A DNA stretch of 64,000 nucleotides. Source: the human T2T-CHM13v2.0 reference genome, Homo sapiens. A program made the position numbers and the translations under genes. How positions within the stretch are numbered: the stretch's first letter is position 1; the number at the start of each line of letters is the position of its first letter. Positions 1-11,196 of this stretch are shown in pieces. The notes beneath the pieces are model-generated. The model saw only the letters and a list, made by a program, of their open reading frames with translations. It was not told the DNA's origin and made no database searches. Location of the stretch: NCBI RefSeq assembly GCF_009914755.1, contig NC_060927.1; one strand, written 5' to 3'.

Positions 1-178
1 TCCCAAGTAGCTGGGACTGAGGCACGCACCACCACGCCCAGCTAATTTTTGAATTTTTAGTAGAGATGGGGTTTCACCATATTGGCCAGGCTGGTCTCAA
101 ACTCTTGACCTCGTGATCCACCTGCCTCGGCCTCTCAAAGTGCTGGGATTACAGGCATGAGCCACTACACACTTGGCC
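1..178 (-). mobile_element. Alu (AluS class), cut by window start
   Basis: Antisense Alu: TCCCAAGTAGCTGGGAC...TTTTTAGTAGAGATGGGGTTTCACC...GACCTCGTGATCC...AAAGTGCTGGGATTACAGGCATGAGCCAC. Confidence 0.96.
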
Positions 179-744
179 TGGACCTTATCATGTTGCTTCC
201 CCACACCACCCCACAGATCCATCTTCAAGGTGCTTCTTCAATAATGGCACCCATTGCTAGAATATCTCTGGATGCTCCCAGCACACAGTGAGCTCTCTCT
301 TCTTAAATTCCATAGCTTGTGTAAACCATAATACTCTCTAGGCCTAGAGAGCAAATGTGCATCAGGCAGAAGTTAAGGCTAGCCTTTACCTGTCGTCTCC
401 CACCTCAGCTCAGAAAAGGGTCTCCCACCTCAACTCACATGCATCTGCTGGTGGTTATTTACTAAATATCAGGTTCAAAAATAGTTTAGGGTAGGGCTTG
501 CCTTCTCATGGTTAGACAAATAAGAGAAACAGAAGAAAAAAATATTGGATCAAAGGTATAAAATTTCTATTTCATCATCAAAATACTAATTGTACCCTAC
601 TTTATCATAGAAGGAGGAGGAAGGGTGGGAAGAAAAAGGAAGACATCTAGAGGGATGGCTCAAGTTTAGAGCAAAGGTAACTGATTCCCATCTGTGGTTC
701 TTCAAGGCCCCGGAAAGAACACACCCAGTGCTTTGGGTTTAACA

Positions 745-880
745 GCGATGACCTTGAGCCATTTCACTTGGAGTCTCAGATTTCTGGAAAATGTGGGTAA
801 TTTTCTCTGCCCAGCCCATCTCACTGGATAATAGCTGTGAAAGTGCTTTGTAAGTGTAAATGCAAGAACTATGTGAGTGG
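745..880 (+). mobile_element. MIR relic
   Basis: Degenerate MIR core TGACCTTGAGC...CTCAGATTTC...AAAATG and tail GTGAAAGTGCTTTGTAAGTGTAAA; boundaries approximate. Confidence 0.55.
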
Positions 881-1540
881 TGACTAATTTCCAAAGGCCA
901 GGCCGCCCCCAACCCCACCTTCAGAGCATTTCATCTGTTAAAATACATGAGACCATTGGGATCTGTAGAAGAGCAAACGCTCCCTTTTGCACCTATGCTG
1001 TTGACTGATGACCTTCTGGTGCTGGAAATGTCTTGTGATTCTTGGACTATTATTAGGGATGGTTAAACTGGTGGAGGGAGGCTAAAAACGGCCAGCACAG
1101 CCATCACTAACCTTTTGGTTTCCCATTTCAGGAACCAGTTTCAAAATAAAATCTTTTTTTTTCTTTTTTTTTTTAATGAGAACACATTTCTGTAGTTCTT
1201 CACAACACACTGAAAGAAAAGAGAATTTCACTTTGCAAGACTGGGGAGATTGTCTTTCCTGAGTTTGCTCAGCCCCAGCCGTTAACCCTAGAACATTTGT
1301 TCCAAACTGGAACCTGAGCCTTGAAGTTCAGCCAAGTTGGGTGGACTTCCTGGTGCCTCCACTGCTGGCCTGTCTGAGCCCTGCCCTGGGACAAATGTAC
1401 AGGACTCTAAATGGAGCAGAATCTCAGGGAACAGTAAAAGGGCTGGGGAGGGCAGAGTTTGGGGTTGAGGGACTCTGGGCTTCTTGCTCTCAAGTCCATA
1501 TCTGCCTCTGAGTTACCCATGGGAATTTATTCCTCTCATA

Positions 1541-2068
1541 TTTTCTTTCTTTATTTGTTATTTAATTCACCAAAATTATATATATGTATGGTGTACAAGA
1601 TGATGTTTTGATATATATCTATACTATGGAATGGCTAAATCAAGCTAATTAGCATATGTAGCGCCTTATTTTTTTGTGGCAAGAACACTTAAAATCTACT
1701 CTGTTAGCAGTTTTCAAAGAGTTAATACATGCTGGGCTTCATACCTACATGAGGAGTTGATAGGTGCAGCAAACCACCATGGCACACATTTACTTATGTA
1801 ACAAACCTGCGCATCCTGCACATGTGCCCTGGAACTTAAACAAAAAGCCCAACAAAATAATTAAATATATATATATATATTTATATCAATATAAAATATA
1901 TTGATGTTAACTATAGTCACCGTGATGGGCAATGAATCTCTTGAATTTATTAAAATGTGTCCTTTGACCAACATCTCCCCAGTCCCACCACCTGGCAGCC
2001 TCTGAGAATAACCATTTTATTCTCTGCTTCTATGAGTTCAACTTTCTTTTACATTCCACATATAAGTG
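1541..2068 (-). mobile_element. L1MA-class 3' end (L1MA8/9-like), interrupted by a younger L1 fragment
   Basis: GTACAAGATGATGTTTTGATATAT...AAATCAAGCTAATTAGCATAT...ACACTTAAAATCTACTCT, resuming at TTAACTATAGTCACC...CTCTGCTTCTATGAGTTCAAC...ATTCCACATATAAGTG. Confidence 0.85.
1721..1885 (+). mobile_element. L1PA-class (older primate) 3' terminal fragment with A/TA tail, nested in L1MA
   Basis: GATAGGTGCAGCAAACCACCATGGCACACATTTACTTATGTAACAAACCTGCGCATCCTGCACATGTGCCCTGGAACTTAAA matches the primate L1 3' end. Confidence 0.9.
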
Positions 2069-2139
2069 CCACATTTTCATCTGAAATACCCTTGGGCTCC
2101 CAGGCTCCCATGTCCTGGCAGGCTTCAGTGAACCATCCA

Positions 2140-2560
2140 CCTAACCGCCCCACTCCCCTAACACGCATTTGCAACCTCGCTTTAATTACCACCCCCATCT
2201 CCTCTAAAGCAGCCAAGATATTTTAAAACCCTTGTTTTGATCTTCTTTGCATATCAGTTACACTATTTCTGAGCGTGTTTATTTTTATTTTTTTTTTCCG
2301 GTGGTGAGCCCGTCGCTTTGAGCCCTCTGCTCGCACGTTTCCACTTCCTCTCACTTTCCTGTGCGCGGCTGTGGCCTCCGAGTGTGCTGCTCAGAGCAGG
2401 CCGGGTGATTCTCATGGGCCTGTGGCCTTTGATGGAGCCAGGGGAGGCAGGTTCTTCTACCACTGGTGCTCCCTTGCTCCTGACATCTGCAGAGGCAAGA
2501 TGAAATTTCAGTTATGTTTCATTTGTTCCATCTCCCAAGGAAGTAAACCTGACTACTAGT
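2140..2560. promoter_or_regulatory. Candidate enhancer/weak promoter (CpG-retaining, ETS/IRF-like motifs)
   Basis: About 13 CpGs in 2145-2405 in otherwise CpG-depleted DNA; ACTTCCTC (ETS/PU.1) at 2343-2350; no recognisable repeat. Confidence 0.5.
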
Positions 2561-3264
2561 CAGAAAAGGGAAAAAGGGCCCTTTCTTGGGCATGAAAGAG
2601 ACCGGGGATTTAGTCCAAACTCTGACATTGACCTTAAGAAAATCCTCTTCCCTCTTGGGATTGAACTCAAAATTGCTGAAGCTCCCATGGATTCTAACCA
2701 ACTGTTTTAACAATTAGCTATTCTAACAATGTGCTTTTCTAACAATTAGCAAAATCATTTACAATTGAAGATGAGCTTAGGATCAGCTTCTGAAATCAAC
2801 AAGTTGGAGACACAGGAATGATTGAGGTGCTCCATGTTCAAGAAGTGATGCCTGAGATTTGTGGGATAAACCTTCTCTTTGTGATAGGATCTTGTGAAAT
2901 GTGTATGATATGACTTGTGAAAAGTCCAAGCTAAACCCTTGTCATGACATACATCTAAATTCACATGCTTCCCAATGTTTTTTTATATACAGCATACCTA
3001 GAACATGGTATTATTTGTACAGCAAACTGGGTGAAAGAACAAGGCCACTCTTGCCCGGTAGCAACCAACTCATTAATTGTGGCTGTGCTGAGCTCTTCCT
3101 GGCCACTCCAAAGAGTGAAGAGACACTATTTGGGCCCATTTGAAACCCAGATTTGGGAAAGTTCAGTTTAAAGGATTAAGTCAACTCTTTGTCTAATCAG
3201 AATAACAAGAGTGTTCTGGCCTATAAAAATCACAAAATTCTAGAGAAGACAAAGCAGGTAAGAA

Positions 3265-3620
3265 AGTGGGTCCCGAATCCAGACCACGGGGGTTCAGATA
3301 AAGACTCTACCATTTACCAACTCTATGTCTTTGGGAAACACTAAAGCTCAGTTTCTTCTATCTTTAAAATGGGAATAATAATATTCTCAGTGGCCATAGG
3401 ACAAAATAAGGTAATGCATTTCAGTACATTCCAACTACTTAATAAATATTAGCTATGGTTATGGCTAATGCTAAACAGGAAATTAAAGATCATTTGGTCC
3501 AATCTTCTCATTTAAACAAAGAAGAAACTTTGACTTGATCAAAGTCACACAGATAGTTAGTAGCTGAACTGGGACTAGAACCTAAGTCTTCTGATTTCAG
3601 TCCTGTGCCTTTATATACTA
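3265..3620. mobile_element. Two adjacent MIR relics (+ then -)
   Basis: CTCAGTTTCTTCTATCTTTAAAATGGGAATAATAATA...TAATAAATATTAGCTAT (+); GACTTGATCAAAGTCACACAG...GGGACTAGAACCTAAGTCTTCTGA (-). Confidence 0.75.
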
Positions 3621-4287
3621 AGGGGTATGATACTTCATTCTGTATTAAAAACATCCAAATTACTAAGTATGTAGGATGAATTATTTTCCACCAGAAGACA
3701 TTTGGAAGGTAGGACTCTTCCTATTTGTTTTAAATTAGTTTACCGGTGACTCTGTCTTGAAGCATGGGCTTGAATGAGATGATTTCTCAAAGTATTGCCT
3801 CCTATTTTAGGTAGGTAGCCAAGGGCTGGCCTGCTTGGCTTTGGAAGGCACAGAAATGGGTACAGCGGTTGTACATCAGCATCTCAGATGCCAAAGGCTT
3901 CAGGTCACCAATACAGAAGTCCCATTTCACATATGAACATACTAAACCTCTGGTTGACTCAGAGCCACACATGTCCAACAGTAAAACAAGAACTAGAACT
4001 TGAATCTCCAACTTGATGCTGGTGCCCATTCCATAGATCTCACAAGGAGAAATAGGATTTAAGATCCACTGTTGCTGTATACTTGCCACTTCCTTCAACC
4101 CTATGAACATGCTGACATGCCCTGCAAAGTCAATTGTTCATTTAATTGTGCTTTGTTCCTTTCTTTTTTTTTTCTACCTCCAGCCACAAAGGTTTGAGGT
4201 AATTTATAGGAAATACAATAATGAATAATGAAGAGTACATAAAAATAAACTACAATATCTTATCAATAAACCATAGGATATATAGGA

Positions 4288-4494
4288 TTGTGCTTTCCAA
4301 TGTGGCAGCCACAAGGCACATGTATCTATTTATATTTAAATTAATTAAAATTACATATAGTTAAAATGTAGCTCCTCAGGTTCACAAGCCACATTTTAAG
4401 TGCTTAGTCACCACATGTGTCCAGTGGCTACTTATTGGACATTTCAGATACAGAATATTGCCGTGATTGCAGAAAGATCTATTAGACACTGCTG
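4288..4494 (-). mobile_element. MER3 (hAT-Charlie non-autonomous DNA transposon)
   Basis: Full-length match to recalled MER3: TCCAATGTGGCAGCCAC...TTTAAATTAATTAAAATT...CCACATGTGTCCAGTGGCTAC...GCAGAAAGATCTATTAGACACTGCTG; NTCTAGAN-type target flank. Confidence 0.88.
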
Positions 4495-4799
4495 TCTAGA
4501 CAGACAACCAAGTCATATATTCTTACACATTTGCAATAAAGCAGCCAAAATTTTGGCTCTGAGCTTCGTGTTGGCAAAGCCAAATAAAACAAAGCAAAAT
4601 CAGTTGTGTCATCATCAATTCCTCAAGGGAAGCAAAGCTTTTCTAGCACTTAGACCTAAAAGAATTCCTCATATGGGGTTTTATAGAAAAGGCCACCAAG
4701 TGACAGAGCAAATAATGTCCTCAGAAACCACAAGAGACAATTTCAATTTATAATTCACTAAAATTCAACATAATGAAAACACTTCTCTGGTGAGAGGTT

Positions 4800-6300
4800 A
4801 GGATACTTACCTGGTTCTAAAGAGAGATACCTTAGTTACATCAGTCAAGTGAACTTGCTCTACAGAAATGACATTAGAACTGAGGCCTGAATGACAAGAT
4901 GATGCAGCCATTGTAGATCCAGAAGAAGAACATCCAAACAGAAGGAAAAGTAAGTGAACGTTCTTCATATCTGAAAGTATTGAGCAAGTTTGAGGGAGAA
5001 AAAGGCCAGTGAACTTCATGGATGAGGCTGAGAGTGGAGGGAGATGATGCTGAACAGGCAGTTGGGACCAGATCATGTAGGGTTTTATAGCTCATGGTAA
5101 GAGGGTTTAGCAAAGAGATAAACTTATAATTTATGGCTTTAGAAAGATCAGTCTGGCTACTGCATGAAGAGCTGACTGTAGAGGGAAAAAGTGTGGGCAG
5201 GAAAAACATGATAATAGCTTGGAATAAGATAGTCAGCAGTGCAGATGGTGAGAAATAGTCTAATTTGACATATATTTTAGACGTAAAGTCAATAGGACTT
5301 GCTGAGAGATTACACATAGGGTTTCAGGGAAATAAAGAATATTAGAATGACTCAATTATTTGCGTTGAACGAATAGCTAGGAGGCCAGGTAGCACTTACT
5401 GTGATAGGGAAGACTTGAGGGGAAGGAATTCGGGGTAGAGAAAGACTAAATCAATAGTTTGGTTTGGGTCACAGTTTGTGTGAAGTGCTTTTTACATATA
5501 CAAGTAGAGTTATGGAGTCTGAAGCTCAAGGGAGAAGTCAGTTAGAGATAGAGATTTGAAGTTTTCTGCATATAAATGGTATTTTAAAGCCAGGGGACTC
5601 AATGAGTTCATCCAAGAAGAGTACAGACAGAATAGAGATAAGAACCCCAGAGCACGCCAAAATCTGATGTCGAGGAGAAACAGCCAGACAAGGAGACAGA
5701 AAGGTAAGGACAAACCAGGTGAGTGTGGGATCACAAAGCCTAGAGAAGAAAGTGTTTAAAGAAGTATGAAGGATTGACCATGTCCAATTCAGCTCAATAG
5801 TTCAGTTAGCTGAATACACTTCGACCTTGGAAATATGTAGGTCATTGGTGACTCTGATAAAGGCTGTTTAAGTGGAGTGATATAGAGTCTGAAGAAAATT
5901 AGAGCAGAGTTGAGGAGAGAAAGGGAGCTAAAGAAGTGGAGACAGGAAATGTAGATCTTACTTTTAAAGGTCTTTTTGTGAAGGCATTAAAGAAAGGGGG
6001 TGGTAGTTAAAGGGACATGTAGGGCCAAGGGAGAGCTGGGTTTTTTTTTTATTTTTAGTAGTTGTTATAAAGGCATATTTGTATGCTGATGGGTTAGATG
6101 TAAAGGAACATCAGAATTTGATGTTGCAAGAGAGAAGCATAGGAAAGGAGATGGGATACAGAGGACAAATGGAAGGGTTGGCCTTAGAAACTATGCCACT
6201 TCCTCCACTATAATAAGAGGGAGGTAGTGTATGTGGGCACAGATGCAGGTGGGTTAAGGAAAAATGCAATAACTCTCCTCTGATAGCAAAAAGGAAGGTC
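4800..6300 (-). mobile_element. L2 LINE relic (~1.5 kb)
   Basis: Purine-rich antisense L2 hallmarks: GACCAGATCATGTAGGG, TTTAGAAAGATCAGTCTGGCT, AATAGGACTTGCTGA, GGAGTCTGAAGCTCAAGGGAGA, GGTCATTGGTGACTCTGA. Confidence 0.85.
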
Positions 6301-6939
6301 ATAATCCCAGGGCATGGCATGTGTAGAGCATAGTGGATATTAGTGGATATTCAAGTAGGGAGCTAAAGGTTTGAAAGAGTTGACCCAGAAACCAAAAAGT
6401 GAATTTGCTAAATGTATCATAGGATCCTCTGGCACGGTCCGTTTCAGGTTTGTGATCACAAATTTAAAGTGAACTGATCAGCATGGTTTACAATGTTCTT
6501 AACAACATTCCACTGTTTGGATGCAAGCAAAGGAGGAATTAGAGGATATACATTTCACCAGGATTGCAGTTTTGCCAGGTACGATAAAGGGGAAGGCAGC
6601 AGAGGAATGGGGAGTATTGGAAGGAGAGAGTTTATGGCACAGAGTAGAAGGAGTCAAGGTTGGAATAAGGTTTAAGGCTACCCAGTAACACAACATCACT
6701 GGGCTCCACACATATCCAAAGTGTCTGCCTGGACCCATCGGTATGCCAAGAATTTTCCTTCCCTCCAAAAAGGAAGCTCACTACTGACTTCACCTGGTGC
6801 CCGCCACATCTAGAATCCCCCTTCAGGGTTTTGCAGCCAATTAGGAACTGAGTGCTGGGCACCAAACTGGGTAGAAGAGTCACTCCTGAGCGCACACACA
6901 CTTGCAGTGGAGTCTCAACACTTTATTTAGACCTAAAAG

Positions 6940-7180
6940 GCTGTGTGGCTGGCAGGAAAATACCCTACACATGCAGAGAGAAGACCTGGGTTTCATCAGT
7001 TTCTGTGGCTTTTACCAAATGAGAAAGTTTTTTTCATATCCTGAGCCTCTGTTCCCTCTCATCATAACTCTGGCCTGGCTTAAATTATAGCTGCTTATAC
7101 AGATCTGATGAGATGGTGAATGTACAACCATTTTCAAGTGTAAAGAATTATGGAGATGTGAGAAATTACATTGTTATTAT
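6940..7180 (+). mobile_element. MIR relic
   Basis: AGAAGACCTGGGTTTC...CTGAGCCTCTGTTCCCTC...ATGAGATGGTGAATGT. Confidence 0.6.
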
Positions 7181-7426
7181 GACTCGGCAAGGGGGTACCA
7201 AATGCAAATCTAAGGCATTTACTGGTGTGAGATTGATTTCAAATGTCAGCTAATATAGGTCACCATGGCTTATAAGCAATTTGCCTTAAAATTAGAAACT
7301 TATGAAATGCTCAAGATGAAAGGCAGTACATTTCAAAACAGAGGCAATGGGAAGCAAATTTCTCTCTTTTTTGTGCAACATCCTATGAACCCACGGTTCT
7401 CACAGGCCCAGGATATTGCTGCAGTT

Positions 7427-7673
7427 GGCAGCCTGGTGTATTTTGAACAGCACAGTGCTGATCCCTGGGTAACTCTGTAATCCTGAGTGAGTCACTTTAC
7501 CTTTGGAGGCCTCAATCGCCTTCTCTGTAAGGTGGGAAGAATTGTACTCCCTCCTGTTCCACTTACAGGGTATCAAGAAGATCATATTATTTTTAAAGGA
7601 AAAAAAGAACTGAGAAATACTCTTGGTTACTCTGCAAAGAGGTTGGTGTAAATGTGAAGTGTCACTATTATTA
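7427..7673 (+). mobile_element. MIR relic
   Basis: GTGAGTCACTTTACCTTTGGAGGCCTCAATCGCCTTCTCTGTAAGGTGGGAA...GTAAATGTGAAGTGTCACTATTATT. Confidence 0.6.
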
Positions 7674-8339
7674 AGTGTGAGGCAATCTTTCCCACCCGCA
7701 TCATGTCCCAGCATTACAATGTGAGCTGTGTGACAGGCTATTTTTAAATTCCCATCTCTGGAAGCATATGGTCCTGCACAGTGCCAAAAAGAGAAAAATG
7801 ACCTGCTTCAGTTTGTTTGCTTGTTTGTTTTGATCTGATGGAACATTTTCTATGGTCCTGTTAAAGGTTGTTCTTTCTACTTTAAACTTTTAAGGTGAGT
7901 GCTAAAGATTTTCTATAGCATAGTCTGAAACACACCGTGGCACTACAACTTGCTTAGACAATGATAAGAGGTCATCCCAGGGCGATGGTGTATTTATACA
8001 AATCTGCATTTTTTGTGTATCATCTAAGACATTTCAAAAATATAGTTTTTTTATTTGTTAACAATTTTTATGCTTTTGTTCTCTAATTTTGGGTAGTTTT
8101 GTTTGTTCAGTAGCAGCATTTTTAGGTAATTTTTTTTTTGCAAATAGTAGTGCATTTATTTTATAAAATAAAGCGATTCCTTTTCTTTAATTTTCTTTAA
8201 TGTTACCTACATAAAAAGAAGTTGTTTCAAAGTTATCCTGATTGTTTATTGTCATTTCTTTTATGTTTTATTAATATCAATTGCTATTGACTGAAGCCCT
8301 TTCCCATGACAAATATACAGTATATCTGTTATAAACTTC

Positions 8340-8600
8340 ATTTTTGCTGCCCCCTTGACCTGACCTAACTTTACCTCCTCTCTTGTGCTATTTGGCAAGA
8401 CTATCCTGAATCTTGTCAAACTTCCCACTCATTGAATTTGATTTCTGACACCAAATTCCTGGAAAGATATCTATCTGATCAGTTGGAAAAGAAAAGAGAT
8501 AAAAACACCTATTTCACAAGTTTCACGGGACCTGACCTTTGCGCAAGAGCAAAAAATTTCCCCAGTTGAGGTAAATAAGGTTCCCACAAGCTTTTTTTCC
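8340..8600. promoter_or_regulatory. Candidate enhancer: nuclear-receptor, C/EBP, forkhead and GATA motif cluster
   Basis: TGACCTTTG 8533-8541 overlapping TTGCGCAA 8539-8546; GTAAATA 8571-8577; TGACCTGACCT ~8356-8366; AGATAA ~8497-8502; non-repeat sequence. Confidence 0.45.
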
Positions 8601-8982
8601 TTTTTTCTTTTTCTTTAAGGTCCAGGATTCAACTCTCTTGTCTTTGGGTCAAGTGATAGCTAAAACTAGAATTGATGAAGTTTCATGGCATTTAACCAAT
8701 GAAAAAGGTAATTTAAAAGGAGGGTGCTAAGGAAAACTCAGAAAGAAAGACAGGGCCTGCATCTTCAGCTAAATGATGAAATCAAGAACACGTAAGAGGA
8801 GTTTGAAGTGTTCTGTGTGATCCTGGGGGCCAATAAGAAAGCCAATTGAGGAAATTCACAAAAGCGCAAAATTAAAAAAAAATTATGAAGTTACAGACAT
8901 ATCCAACATTGGGAAGCTCTTCCTTAAGCAGCGGTGACAAAACTCTCCAGCAGTCATGCCGTACCCATAAAGACCTTCTTCA

Positions 8983-9272
8983 GGCCAGGGCACAGTGGCT
9001 CACATCTGTAATCCCGGAACTTTGGGAGGCTGAGGTGGGTGGATTGCTTGAGGTCAGGAGTTCGAGACCAGCATGGCCCACATGGTGAAACCCTGTCTCT
9101 ACTAAAAATACAAAAATTAGCCGGGTGTGGCGGTGTGCGCCTGTAGTCCCAGCTATGTCAGGAAGTCGAGGCACGAGAATTGCTTGAACCTAGGAGGTGG
9201 AGGTTGCAGTGGGCCGATCATGCCACTGCACTCCAGCCTGGGCAACAGGGTGAGACCCTGTCTCAAAAAAAA
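8983..9272 (+). mobile_element. Full-length Alu (old AluS, Sz-like)
   Basis: Dimeric Alu with A tail; TSD AAAGACCTTC(T/A)TC on both sides. Confidence 0.97.
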
Positions 9273-9449
9273 GACCTTCATCTTCTCTGTCTACTTTATC
9301 ACCTGGCATCGTCTCACCTCCTCCAACTTCTCCACACCATTAATGATCTCCCCCTCCTCTGTACTTCTAGGGGATTCAGAGGCTCTGGGCATCATTTAAA
9401 TAGTAAGTACTTCACAGACTTGAGGTGTTACATATCTGTTTTTAGGGGA

Positions 9450-9760
9450 TGTGTCTTGGTCTCCCAACAATGAGTTGTAAGTTCCTGGAGGGTAGGGACC
9501 ATGTCTCACATTTCTTTTGAACTCCCTTGGTGCTAGCACATTGTTGGGCACAGAAGAGTAGCAACACTCCTTCACATTCATGGCAGGCTTTAGCGTTTAC
9601 AAAGCACCTCCACCTGCCATTCATGCAATGTTCCCAACAACTAGGTGTTGTCCGCAAGGCAGATAATGAATAGTATCTGATGGGTGAGGAAACTGAGGTT
9701 CAAAGAGCTCATTACACCTGCAAGTGCAACAGAATTTATAGTCCAGTGCTCTCCCAGTAA
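9450..9760. mobile_element. L2 3' fragment (+) followed by MIR (-)
   Basis: TGTAAGTTCCTGGAGGGTAGGGACCATGTCT...GTGCTAGCACA (L2); TGAGGAAACTGAGGTTCAAAGAG (MIR). Confidence 0.7.
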
Positions 9761-10564
9761 TAACCATTAGATGAGTAGATAAAGAACAGATCTTGCAGTT
9801 CAAAAATGTGTGGGTAGCCAAAGGGAAGTGGCCACGTATTCGGCTACATGCCCTGTCATGCTGATGTAGATTGACTTCCAATACAGGCTAGAGAATTCTC
9901 TTTGTATGGATGGACTCAGTCTGAGTGACACATGGTCCATGTCTCTTTGACTCTGGCCATGTTCTGCAAATGAGATGAGATTCCAATAAGAACCAAGAAC
10001 GTTTTGGGATGTGTTTCTATGGAAGCCTAGATAGAGATCAGTAATCTCAGACATCACTCTGGGCAACCTCTGGGCCTGTCCATCTTCAGGCATCTAGAAA
10101 TCTGTGCCCAAGGCAGACAGAAAAGACTGGGTCCTGGAAGAAGCCTCAGGCACCAATTGGACCTCAGTGTTCTTCACTTCTTTAACTGCTAAATTCACCC
10201 AATCACATTTAAATAAATTTTATAAGACTTTGAAAATGTGTTTCTGTTCCTCTAGAAATTACCTCTAAATTTTCTAGTATAAACGTCTGCCAGCTTTGTT
10301 CAGCCAAGTTCCTTTCCCCCTCTTTTCTTTGACAATGAAAGCAGCTTTGGTGCCAACGCTCAGAACTGGCAGGTGTTTGATGACACATGTTCTGTGATAA
10401 ATGTTTATTACATAAGTTCATTCAAGCTAGCTACCAGAGCTTTTGAGGCATCATTGCTACTTATCATAAAATTGTCCTTGAAAACCAGAAGCCCAATATA
10501 TTCCCAAAAGCTCTATTTTTTTTTCTTTCTTCTTTTAGGTTCTCTGTGTTCTATCGACGTCTGG

Positions 10565-10720
10565 TGCAATGGAGAAGTCAGGAGATGGTACTTGAATCCT
10601 GACTCTGTCACAAGCTGGCTGTGTGACCCTGGGAAAGCCACTTCTGTACTCTGAGCCTAGTTGCTCATTTGTAAAATGAGGAGGTGGAAGCTGTGATTGC
10701 CAGGGTCTCTCTAATTTCTG
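10565..10720 (+). mobile_element. MIR relic
   Basis: GAATCCTGACTCTGTCAC...GCTGTGTGACCCTGGGAAAGCCACTT...CTCTGAGCCTAGTTGCTCATTTGTAAAATG. Confidence 0.8.
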
Positions 10721-11196
10721 ACGTATCCCGATAAGAGGACAAACTGGTGGGGAAAAAAAAAAACCAATTTCAGTCAAGCAGAAACACATGCTTGCCTTTC
10801 CTTACCCAGAATGTGCTTTACATAACCGAATTTGCTTCCTTTTTTACTGGCTTGCCCTCCAGTCAGGAGGCAGGGGAGCAGCACGGCTGGCAGCAGCTTG
10901 GAGAGGGTGCAGTGTGCAGGGATGGATGTGGGGAGGGGATGCTGAGGGAGGCTTCGCTGACGAGTGAATGAGGCACAGGCACCATGAACTACTAGAGCTT
11001 TGTCACACTTCTTATTACTGTGATTATGTTATATTAGAATGAAAAGACCTGCAGGGTATTTAAAGTGCAAAAACCTAGAGAAGAACTATTAAGAAACTTC
11101 CAGTCCCATGATTATTCTAGATAAAGCATTCAGAAACTTTAGTTATGCAAATTAGATTCATTTTTGAAGAAAATACTTACATATTAAGAATTTTAC

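Noticed and set aside
4803-4840. U1 snRNA-like ATACTTACCTGG...GAGATACC
   Set aside because: Only a 12-nt and an 8-nt match with wrong spacing, no further U1 body, and it lies at the edge of an L2. It is best read as a chance match or a cryptic minus-strand donor (CAG|GTAAGTAT).
8345-8362. CTCF site (AGGGGGCAGCA on minus strand); similar partial matches at ~25743 and ~51385
   Set aside because: Each lacks or misplaces part of the CCASYAGRKGGC core; too weak to call without ChIP data.
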